NCBI GenBank assembly: GCA_965644265.1
Contig: OZ286470.1
Coordinates: 8,990,001-9,054,000, forward strand
DNA: 64,000 nt
Reading direction: 5' to 3'
From: Glycera tridactyla
Taxonomy: Eukaryota
The position numbers were made by a program, and so were the translations under genes. The notes beneath the pieces were generated by a model. That model saw only the letters and a list, made by a program, of their open reading frames with translations, had not been told where the DNA came from and searched no databases. Shown here piece after piece: positions 53,939 to 63,952 of this stretch. How positions within the stretch are numbered: the first letter of the stretch is position 1; each line of letters starts with the position of its first letter.

Positions 53939-55099
53939 CAACAGAAACCAACTCAATTTCAGTTGAAATCAAATATCAATAAATTAAGCCACAAAAGATG
54001 GCCATTGTAGTTACATGCATCTAAGATATTCATGGCTGGTTCCCTCCAGGCAATAAAGTCTTAGGTAGTCCTCATAAATTCTCCCCATAAATTTGGTTAA
54101 TTTACGACGGGATTATAATAATCACATTTTATGATGGGATGGCTTGCTGCTCGGATGGTGATTGGCTGCGTTACAAGGTGACAGACCCTCACCAAGTGTA
54201 CTTGATGCACCAGCAAACTCAGCCCATCTTTGATACATCAACATTTGTGAGTTATGATCATGATTGTGAAAGGCAAAATGTTTTGGACTATAATAGTACT
54301 TATACAGAAAAAGCATCGTCGAGCCTGTCCCAAGCATGTGAGGAAGGGAAGATACAAAGTATGCTTAGGACAGGTGCATGCCTGGTACAACCACCTCATC
54401 TCAGTAACCACCTACTTATAGATAAAATCTGCATGGATTTGACAACGAGTACTGAGCCAATAGTGTAAAACAACAAAGTTGGGTAGTTGTTTAGTTGCAA
54501 GTACCGTGAACTCTTTACACGAGATCCTTAGAACTCTTGAGATTCCTACAAGCTGTTCCTTCTGGTCAATCTGTCACAATAGTGAGGTATCAGCATATAT
54601 AAGATAGAAGTTGGTCCAACAAGTGAGTAAAAATATGCAGCAGTACGAGGCATCCAAGTGTGGTCATGGCGATGATTTTTCACGCCCACCTCATATTGTT
54701 GCCAGGGAGAGATGGAATAATGCGGGGATGCTCATGCACTGGAGAATACAATTTGCTGAGAAAAATTTCATTTTTGTTTCTATACTGATGATCGCAAATA
54801 CCTGTCCTGCGGATGGGAATTTACACAGTAATACAGTTGAACCTTCCGGAGACCACCTCTACACAAAGGTCACCTGCCTATAAAGGTCACCCTGACCTGT
54901 GAAAGATAGTATCTTCAACAGTAAACAGCCTCTCTCTGAAGACCATCTTTTGATATGACCGAGGGTGGTCGACAGGTTTTACTATCTCTAAACACAGGTG
55001 AGTGGGCTTGTTTGACTTAAAAACCTGAAATATCATTGAGGGATTACTCGGCTATCTATCCATGCTTTGCCCAATTTTGATTATTAAACCTGCACAATG

Positions 55100-55360
55100 T
55101 ACAGTCGAACCTGCTCTAAAGACCACCTCTCTATAGAGACCACCTCTCTATAAAGACCACCCTGAGCTGCGACCATTGTAGTATTTTCAACAGTAAATTA
55201 CCTCTCTATAAAGACCACCTGCCTATAGAGACCACTTTTTGATGCGACTGAAGGCGGTCTTTATAGACAGGTTTGACTGTACTTGGTCAGCAACAAATAC
55301 ACACACAAGGGGCCCACTCATTGCTATGCTATGCCTATAAGAGAGTAGAGATATTTTGGT
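55100..55360 (-). repeat. Right arm of the 261-bp inverted duplication
   Basis: See 52630-52890. Confidence 0.97.
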
Positions 55361-56117
55361 TTGGTTTTGGTTATTTTGGTCAGGTTTGACTGTACTACCC
55401 CGGTCACAGCTCAGGTGGTCTTTCTAGAGAGGTGGTCTTTATAGAGAGGTGGTCTTTAAAGAATGTTCGACTGTAATACGGAAGACAGATGATGGGTGGA
55501 GTCTGACAGAGGTCGTAAGTATCATGGCCTCAATTGCTCAATGTTGGTCTCACAAAACCAATTTACACTGCTTACCCAGATAACATCCTTCAAACATGAT
55601 TTTCTGGATTCATATTTGTGAACTTTAGTTTTGTTTGTAACAGCAATCAAACAATACAAAGTTTGTTCCTTTCCCGAATGACGATAACTTCACATACAAT
55701 CAACTGCAAGATAATGATGAATGAATGAGTCATTTACAGAATGATAAGAGCCATGATATCAGTGATATGAATAATGATCATTATGAATCATTACAATTAC
55801 CAAAATTATCATTACAATTATCAAAATGAATCATTACAATTACCAAGGATACAGATCTTTCATGAATGTTTTAAATGCAGATGTACTCATGCTTCCAGCT
55901 TCAGGATTCCTGTCCACACATAGATTTCATCTCCTCGCCGCGAGCACTTTAAAATTACGCTCACTGATTACAAATTTCTGCTTAGGAATTTCAAGAAAGG
56001 GTTTAGTCCAAGATCAAGTTCGGTGTCCGTGTTCGGGGTTAGACAGCTTACAGATTGGCTCACATGTATAATGTCCATTCAGAACATTATTCATGTGCAC
56101 CAGCTTGTCTTCAGCCC

Positions 56118-56118
56118 T

Positions 56119-56158
<40 letters not shown>

Positions 56159-56160
56159 TC
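56118..56160. repeat. (TTTC)n microsatellite
   Basis: Direct reading. Confidence 0.95.
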
Positions 56161-56391
56161 ATATTATTACAGATATTACTACGCCACTGACAACATGATC
56201 TGCTGAGAACTCCCTTACAAATACTGCCGATGGGGGGTGTTGGGGAAGTGTTCGAACGAGATTTCAACTAATGTAAGAAGATCGCAAGACATAGAAACCA
56301 CAGATGTGATTTGGGAAATACGAACATCGCCATTTCCGGACCAAAAGACGAACTTTTCTACGGGGCTACAGCAACAATAGTCAAAGCGTCC

Positions 56392-57336
56392 ATGACGACG
56401 AAATCGGTGAAACGTAAACAAGACCTGAATACGTCAGCTACCGATGACCCGCCACTGGAAACTCCTGTAAAGAAAGTTAAGTCAGTACCAAACATAAACA
56501 TTGACTTTTATTGCCCGCCTGGACAAAGTACACCATACAAGCAAGCAGTTGAGCCTTCCATCTCATCATATATTACCGAAGAAAGCACAATTGTAAGAGA
56601 CGAAACCATGGATGACACGTCTGAAGACTCGAAGAAGGATGAACACCCGCTAAGTGCTTCGGAAGAGTTCACACACAATTTTCTAATTGCCTTACAAGAC
56701 GATAATGTGAAACTCATTCTGGCCAGTCTTCTAAAAGGAATGTCAGCTGAGCAAAATACCAAAATTGCCGAACTTGAATCAAGAGTGTGTGATCAGGAAC
56801 AGAAGATAACTAGACTAGAAGAAAAAATTGCTGAACGTCAAATGTCAAAGGTGACGGGACCGCCAATCCAACAACTGTATCAACCTGCAAAAGATGACAG
56901 CGAGGAGAGGGAGATGAATCTAGTAATAAGAGGTATAGACGAGCGTGCAAATGCACAAATGGCTGTTACAAAACTCATAAACGATGAGGTCGGGATCCCT
57001 TTCCCGCCTATGGCCATAGCAAACTGCGTCAGACTTGGCCGCCCCTCGCACGAAAAACACCGGCCATTGAAGGTCTCTTTCAGAGACAGAAGCTGGAGGG
57101 ACATGGTTTACAAAGCCCGTCTAAACTTGCGCGACAGGCTACCAGATGTGTTCATACAGGAAGATATTAGTAGGGAAACGAGTCAGCTGGCATATAAAGC
57201 CAGGCAGAAAGTTCGCGAAGGACTGATAAATCGAACATGGATCGCGAACGATAAAGTGTTTATTGTGAAATCAGCTGGAGAAGAAGCGATCCAGATTTCG
57301 ACACAAGACCAACTGCCACCGACCCCGGAATTATAA
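56392..57336 (+). CDS. LINE ORF1 (coiled coil plus L1-type RRM/CTD-like region), ~314 aa from the first ATG
   Basis: Heptad stretch QNTKIAELESRVCDQEQKITRLEEKI, then NLVIRGIDE...NCVRLGR...RPLKVSF...VFIQED...AR..VR.G.I..TW, typical of LINE ORF1 proteins. Frame is open from 56311. Confidence 0.85.
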   Translation: MTTKSVKRKQDLNTSATDDPPLETPVKKVKSVPNINIDFYCPPGQSTPYKQAVEPSISSYITEESTIVRDETMDDTSEDSKKDEHPLSASEEFTHNFLIALQDDNVKLILASLLKGMSAEQNTKIAELESRVCDQEQKITRLEEKIAERQMSKVTGPPIQQLYQPAKDDSEEREMNLVIRGIDERANAQMAVTKLINDEVGIPFPPMAIANCVRLGRPSHEKHRPLKVSFRDRSWRDMVYKARLNLRDRLPDVFIQEDISRETSQLAYKARQKVREGLINRTWIANDKVFIVKSAGEEAIQISTQDQLPPTPEL

Positions 57337-58326
57337 GGAAACTAAGGATGAGCAAGCGCCGAGTACAGAATCGCATCAACAGTTCACCCAAATATACTTT
57401 TGTATTATTACTTATAGCGGTGAACATTATTCGGAACTTTAAACATGAAATAATTATCGGAACTATTTTTTTACAGATCGGCGATTATAACACAATTAGA
57501 AAGTAGTGCCGCAGTCACGCGAGAACGAGGCCGCCAAAAGTTAATTAATAAAAGTGTTAGGCTACCAATAATCCCTAGCGAAACCGGAAGTGAGCATGCT
57601 AGCCAATCAGCGACGACTTCCGGAACCAAGATGGCAGTCAAACATTGAAGAAACGAAACTTTTCTGTCATGAAAATTACGGATACCATATACCATGAGGT
57701 TTCTACATCAACGGGACATCTTCCGCTGGACAGTCCAAATAACGCGCCAACACTGATGATGACCATCGTCTACTGAAACGACGTGAAATGTCGAAACTTC
57801 GCTCCCACATTGACATCGGCACATCTTCTGCAGGAAATCAAGATCAGCTGTGTTTCTTTGCGCGGTGTTGAGTCACAGGATACGGGTGATGATTAAGCCG
57901 CAAATACCCAATTGAAAATCTAGTTGCTCTTTAGTATAGTGGGCAGGATGCTGAGGATCCAATGCCCGGGGTCATGTGCTTGAACCTCTGACCCCAGTCA
58001 GGGAAAAACAGCCGTATAAACGTCACCTATGTATGCAGTTATCAACAGTCATCCCATAGTCTTCAAAAGAAGCGAAGCCACAACAAACTAAGCAGCTCAA
58101 CATGGTAAACGAAAATCTACCTATTTACTTGGTTGACGAGTTTTACTAACCAAGTGCACCACAGTTGATACTTACATAGACATTAGTCACGCATGTATGA
58201 AACTCACGGACTCACAATATGTTGTAATGTTGATGTTACTCATACTGTACTAACTACACGCTGGGGCTTCTCATACAGTTTCAAAATTAGGATATTGACT
58301 GTATATATTATGTACCTGCTTTTGCC

Positions 58327-61300
58327 ATGATCCCATATCCCCCATGGGAAGGTATTATTGTGTATATTCTTAGCTTCCTGAAACTGTCTACCTTAAACAG
58401 TGGCAGTATATATATTTTAAAACCAAAAAAAATCTCCACACCACATGATATAAAATGTTATCATCTCACCTGTCAAGAAAAATCACTTGACATAGAACCG
58501 AATCTATCATTACTTATCTTACTATCAGGTGACATTTCCAGGAATCCTGGACCCCCAAACACTTTTAGAGATTTAAGTAGACTAGCTGGGATTACGATAT
58601 CGCATTTGAACATATGCAGCATTATAAACAAAGTCGATGAACTTACCAGAGTTTTACGTGAGAGCAATACTGATATCCATTTTACCAGCGAGACCTGGCT
58701 AAAGCCACATATACTTGATAATGAAATATCTATTGGTGGGTACTATACTATGAGGAACGATAGAATGGGTGCGAGAGGTGGAGGCCTATGTGTGCATGTT
58801 AAGGAGAGATTTATCACAAACCAAATCGACTCACTATGTAAATCAACCCCTAACTGTGAAACCATTGGTCTAGAGCTGAAGTTACCACATACCCGTAGAA
58901 TCTTTATCATTGGTGTGTATAGGCCCCCTTCGGGGTCTATAACAGGGTTTTTGGATGATATGGGTGAAATCCTTGACTATACGATTGGTATACCAGGCTG
59001 TGAAATAAATATTTGTGGGGATTTCAATATAGATCTGCAAAGAAATAGAACAGTAGAATATAAGAGGCTAAAAAGTTGGAGTGCAACTTATGGTCTCACT
59101 CAACTGATCTCTGGACCAACCAGAATAGGCCTACACGGTGACTCATGTATTGACCATATCTATACAAATCGTACAAATTTCTGTTCTTTCTCTGGCTGTA
59201 TTACACATGGCATCAGTGACCATGATCTCATTTACCTTTGCCGCAAAAAACCAAAAATCAGTGGCAATATGTCTTATATACGTACACGAACTTTTTCGAA
59301 ATTTGTAGAAACTGACTTCCTAGCGAGGCTATCAAGAACAGACTGGGAGCCAGTTATATCCGAAAATGACCCAAACCAAGCATGGGATAAATTCCTAACT
59401 ATCTTTATCCCTATTTGTGATATATACGCCCCATTTAAAAATATAAAGATCAAGGGAACTATTCCGCCCTGGCTAACAAATGATTATTTCTCGGCAGCTG
59501 ATGAAAGAGACTACCTCTATAGTGTTTTCAAAACATCTAGGACTGAGCACAATAAAGAGAGAGCGAAACATGCAAAAAATTTCGCCAACACGCTAAATCG
59601 AAACCTGAAGCGTGAGTACATTTGTAATAAAATAAAAGAAAACAAGCACGACGGCAGAAAACTATGGAAGACCCTGAGAGAGATCGTACCTGACTCTAAA
59701 TCCAATAAGAACCTTATTAAATCCATAAATGGTGAAACGGACCCGTCGAGTATGTCAAATAGTCTAAATGATTTTTTCGCAAATATAGGAGAAAATCTTG
59801 CATCTAAAATCCCTCCTGGGCACCCAGAAATAATACCTGAAATCCCTGGATGTGAAATAGAAATGGAAATTTGTGAAATTGATATTGATGAAGTTGAAAA
59901 ACATTTGAATGCCATCTCATGTTCTAAATCTACCGGCATTGATGGCATAAATGCCAGATTATTAAAATGTGCCCATAAACAAATTGCGGCTCCTATTCAT
60001 CATATAATCAACAAATCACTAACAAAGAATATCTTTCCAAATAAATGGAAATATGCCCGGATCTCTCCTTTATTTAAAGATGGCGATCGCGATAGTCCTG
60101 AAAATTACCGCCCAATCTCTGTCCTGCCAATTCTTGGCAAAATTTTGGAAAGAATCTTTCATGACCAATTTTACACATATATTACAAATCAGAATGTCTT
60201 ACACCATGCTCAGTCCGGCTTTCGAAAGAATCATTCTACAACGTCATGTAACCTATCTGTTATGACCGATTTGCTGTCAGCTATGGATAGAGGCCTCAAG
60301 ATCGGAGTGATATTCTTAGACCTCAAGAAGGCGTTCGATACTGTAGACCATAAGTTGCTATGTCGAAAATTGCAGATGTATGGTATGGGACACGGTGTCG
60401 AACGCTGGATCGGAAATTACCTGTCGGATAGAATTCAAGTTACCTCGTGTAATGGTACCATCTCTGAGCCTAAGTCCGTAAATTGCGGGGTACCTCAAGG
60501 GTCAATCCTCGGACCACTATTGTTTATATTATACATAAACGATATGCCAAATGTCTTATTGAATAGTAAAATCTCTCTGTATGCTGATGATACAGCTATC
60601 TACTATGAATCATCTGATCTGGAAGAAATGGAAACTTGTCTCCAACAAGATCTTGCTGCAGTCGAAAATTGGATGAATGTAAATAAATTATCCCTGAATG
60701 CAAGAAAATCCAAAGTTATGCTTTTCGACAGAAGCCAACAGTGTGACTGTAATATAACAGTAACTGTTAAAGAAGAACCTTTGGAGCTTGTCACGCACTT
60801 TAAATACTTAGGGTTATATCTCGATAAGAAGCTCTCTTTTGACTACCATATAGAGCAACTCTGCAAAAAATCAAAACAAAAACTCGCAAGTCTGGGCAGA
60901 GTAAGAAAGTTTATTTCTGAAGAGACGACAATGTTACTTTATAAGAGCCTACTACTACCCGTACTCGAATATGGTGACACTGTCTATGCAACAGCAAAAA
61001 TCTCAGACTTAACAAAGGTACAGCGTATCCAAAATTCGGCCTGCAGAATCATATTGATGGCTGATAAGAGAACGCATATCAATGAGATGCACAATAATCT
61101 GAAACTATTTTACTTATCTGACAAACGCTTCTATAATCTGTGCGTACAGACCTATAAATGTCTAAACTCATTGTCTCCAAATTATCTGTGTGAGTCTCTG
61201 AGATATGTCAGAGACTATCATACAAGAACTACAAGGTCTGCAGTCAAAAATGACCTGATTGTTCCCCATAGTAGAACTAGAGCAGGTGAACAAACTTTTC

Positions 61301-61419
61301 CTAGCAGGGCTGCATCAGTATGGAACTCAATCCCAAGTTCCATTAGAGAATCTGAAACTCTACGAAGCTTTAAATCTGCTTTATGGTCTTATCTATCCGT
61401 ACAATATAACTTTGAGTAG
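58327..61419 (+). CDS. LINE ORF2: APE endonuclease plus reverse transcriptase, 1030 aa, with an N-terminal 2A-like motif
   Basis: EN motifs HLNICS, SETWL, GVYRPP, GDFNID, IDHI, SDHD; RT motifs NYRPISVL, QSGFR, FLDLKKAFDTVDH, GVPQGSILGP, LYADD, KYLG; LLILLSGDISRNPGP at residues 62-76. Confidence 0.97.
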   Translation: MIPYPPWEGIIVYILSFLKLSTLNSGSIYILKPKKISTPHDIKCYHLTCQEKSLDIEPNLSLLILLSGDISRNPGPPNTFRDLSRLAGITISHLNICSIINKVDELTRVLRESNTDIHFTSETWLKPHILDNEISIGGYYTMRNDRMGARGGGLCVHVKERFITNQIDSLCKSTPNCETIGLELKLPHTRRIFIIGVYRPPSGSITGFLDDMGEILDYTIGIPGCEINICGDFNIDLQRNRTVEYKRLKSWSATYGLTQLISGPTRIGLHGDSCIDHIYTNRTNFCSFSGCITHGISDHDLIYLCRKKPKISGNMSYIRTRTFSKFVETDFLARLSRTDWEPVISENDPNQAWDKFLTIFIPICDIYAPFKNIKIKGTIPPWLTNDYFSAADERDYLYSVFKTSRTEHNKERAKHAKNFANTLNRNLKREYICNKIKENKHDGRKLWKTLREIVPDSKSNKNLIKSINGETDPSSMSNSLNDFFANIGENLASKIPPGHPEIIPEIPGCEIEMEICEIDIDEVEKHLNAISCSKSTGIDGINARLLKCAHKQIAAPIHHIINKSLTKNIFPNKWKYARISPLFKDGDRDSPENYRPISVLPILGKILERIFHDQFYTYITNQNVLHHAQSGFRKNHSTTSCNLSVMTDLLSAMDRGLKIGVIFLDLKKAFDTVDHKLLCRKLQMYGMGHGVERWIGNYLSDRIQVTSCNGTISEPKSVNCGVPQGSILGPLLFILYINDMPNVLLNSKISLYADDTAIYYESSDLEEMETCLQQDLAAVENWMNVNKLSLNARKSKVMLFDRSQQCDCNITVTVKEEPLELVTHFKYLGLYLDKKLSFDYHIEQLCKKSKQKLASLGRVRKFISEETTMLLYKSLLLPVLEYGDTVYATAKISDLTKVQRIQNSACRIILMADKRTHINEMHNNLKLFYLSDKRFYNLCVQTYKCLNSLSPNYLCESLRYVRDYHTRTTRSAVKNDLIVPHSRTRAGEQTFPSRAASVWNSIPSSIRESETLRSFKSALWSYLSVQYNFE

Positions 61420-61864
61420 AAATCAGCTAATAATACTCAAACCTCTCTGTGGTGAAAGTGTGAAAGGATGGTGGCTCAAATTAATGCCTTGACTGGTGTG
61501 AAATTGACTGAATGCATGTGATTTGAGTATTGTATGTACTGCATAAACCATGGTCTGATATTTCTGTGTACCACTGTACTGACATTTTTTATGCTGGGGT
61601 AAAATGATTGCATTCATGGTAATGTCTTTATTCCCTAATAAAAGATTACTTACTTACTTACTTACTTACTTCATTTATTTGACAGTTCATTATACAGGTA
61701 TGGCACTTCAAGTATACAGCAAGTGTAAGAACCCGATGTCATGTGACACCCTGGTTCATGGCTGACATAACCACTATAAAACAAGTTATAAAATACTCAA
61801 AATCCACACCTGGAAGAGACATTTCATGCAATAATAAAATACCATGTGAGAACTCATATAGCGG

Positions 61865-62086
61865 CAGTGCTCTACGCTAATGGTTGCCCTACTGGCACAG
61901 GTAGGCAGATTAGCTGTTAGGGCAGGTGATTTCTTCAGTCCACCTGCCCGATGGGCAGGTACCCAACACTTACTTGGGCTATGATCATATGCAGGAGGGC
62001 AGGTGAAAATGACAGGGAGGGCAGGTGAAAATCATACTTCACCTGCCCGAAGGACAGCTGAACAAAAAAGTTAAGGTAGAGCCCTG
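61865..62086. mobile_element. MITE family D copy
   Basis: CAGTGCTCTAC...GTAGAGCCCTG with a perfect 6-bp TSD TAGCGG. Confidence 0.88.
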
Positions 62087-62237
62087 TAGCGGATCTTGTT
62101 ACTTTCTTTACCAGATAACCATATTCACACTATGATATAGAACCTATACTGTTACACAGCTACTGACTTCTCGATGAAAAAAGGTGATGTCTGACATGTC
62201 GCTTGAATGATCCAATAGTTTCAAAGGAAGGAGATGA

Positions 62238-62680
62238 TATCCCTGATGTAGACATTCTATGTTGCAATATCGAGGCTTTTCAGCAATGGTAAAGATAGCT
62301 ACTTTTGCAGAATAGATACATCACGTTGAGAGATGCCATTGTTAACTATATCCCTGATGTAGACATTCTATGTTGCAATATCGAGGCTTTTCAGCAATGG
62401 TATGGATAGCTACTTTTGCAGAATAGATACATCACGTTGAGAGATGCCATTGTTAACTATATCCCTGATGTAGACATTCTATGTTGCAATATCGAGGCTT
62501 TTCAGCAATGGTACAGATAGCTACTTTTGCAGAATAGATACATCACGTTGAGAGATGCCATTGTTAACTATATCCCTGATGTAGACATTCTATGTTGCAA
62601 TATCGAGGCTTTTCAGCAATGGTATGGATAGCTACTTTTGCAGAATAGATACATCACGTTGAGAGATGCCATTGTAAACC
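62238..62680. repeat. 111-bp tandem repeat, 4 near-identical copies
   Basis: TCCCTGATGTAGAC at 62240, 62351, 62462 and 62573. Confidence 0.96.
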
Positions 62681-63296
62681 ATATCAACTCCATAATAGGT
62701 AGATCTAGAGTGCGATACAGCATGAGACTATTTATTTTTGTTACAAAATGAGAGTTTGTCAGTTGCTCATGTCTCTGCCATCAGGCTAAGTTCATTGTCT
62801 GGTCCAATTTGGTCTGTGATGCTGGAATCATTGCTTGACACTGCGCGGGATGCCTCCATGTTTTGGCCACAGAAGACCGGCTTGTCTGTATGAAAATAAT
62901 TCTCTCTCCCTTCTTTTTAGGATGGTTATGGCTAATCTTTTGTAGTCCATATCAGAAATGATGTTAGTGTATCTGGATTTTGCCAATCTCTGTGGTGCAT
63001 GAATTATCTTTCACACATGATGGATAGAACTGTAGTGTCAAAGTGAAATATTCAGTTGTTAGCCACCAGTTTGTGGTGTATACACACACATGCATGCACG
63101 CACGCATGCACACACACACATCATGAGAAACAAACTCAAAGTAATGAATATAAACACCAAACAGTAGCTGCTGATAAGCCAGTGTTACTGGTGATTGTGT
63201 TGTAAAACAATGCTTGCACATGTCATGGAGACATTAGCGATTTAACCAATACAGAGGACTGTAAAAGGCTTCATGATCCCACCAGACACAGGCTAT

Positions 63297-63907
63297 AGAA
63301 TGAACAGGGATTGCAATAACTGTGGAAAGCATTGTCAGTGTTGGCTCTGAGGTATGGCTGAAGTGAGATGTTTGTCTTGCCACTATTCAAAATGTGAGAC
63401 AATATACACAAATATGGAACAAATGTCACAAGTGTTTACTCTGAGGTCTGACTGAAGTGAGACATTTGTCTCACTACTATTCAAAATGTGAGACATTACA
63501 CTCAAATGTGGGATGAATGTCTCAAAATCTCCCCTGATATCCAACACTGCACTGTGTTTCCCAATATTACTACTCTTGATAAATTTCCAAATGATCGATT
63601 CTGAAAATGAGTGTAATGAACTGTTGAGGCTTGATTCCTCATAATGAATGCTCATTGTCACTACTGTGATATGCTATTGCCTGTCTCAATAACAATGCAT
63701 CGTCATGTCAATACATATTGATTTTTCAGAATGAACAGGGATTGCAATAACTATGGGAAGCACTGTGTTCCCCCAAATTAACACTCTTTAGAAATTTCCA
63801 AATGATCAACTTCACGAAACTATTGTAATGATCTGTAGAGGCTTGATTCCTCATAATGAATATTCAATAACAATGTGTCATCATGTCAATACTTATTCAT
63901 TTTACAG
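63297..63907 (+). repeat. Diverged tandem duplication (~180-220 bp unit; first copy interrupted by a family C MITE)
   Basis: AGAATGAACAGGGATTGCAATAAC...GAGGCTTGATTCCTCATAATGAAT...CATGTCAATAC appears at ~63297 and ~63728. Confidence 0.85.
63336..63549 (+). mobile_element. hAT-like MITE family C, copy 3
   Basis: CAGTGTTGG...CCAACACTG; TSD CATTGT/CACTGT. The empty site AAGCACTGTGTT is preserved in the neighbouring duplicate (~63758-63769). Confidence 0.92.
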
Positions 63908-63952
63908 GTGAGCTTGGCCCTCGTGTTCTACTTGTTGGTCCAAGGCAGCAAG
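63908..63952 (+). CDS. Candidate 45-nt phase-1/1 internal exon of a P-loop NTPase: (G)ELGPRVLLVGPRQQ(G)
   Basis: Acceptor TTATTCATTTTACAG and donor AAG|GTATTG; a hydrophobic beta-strand followed by GPRQQG fits the start of a Walker A GxxxxGK[ST] motif. The K[ST] would lie in the next exon, outside the window. Confidence 0.5.

Larger units (their letters stand above)
56161..61670 (+). mobile_element. Apparently intact CR1/L2-group LINE; 5' boundary uncertain, no TSD identified
   Basis: Two uninterrupted ORFs, a ~220-bp 3'UTR, AATAAA at 61637-42 and a (TTAC)n tail at 61646-61670. Confidence 0.88.

Noticed and set aside
56508-61617. Short minus-strand and alternative-frame ORFs overlapping the LINE
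   Set aside because: Antisense shadows of ORF1/ORF2 with no independent coding signal.
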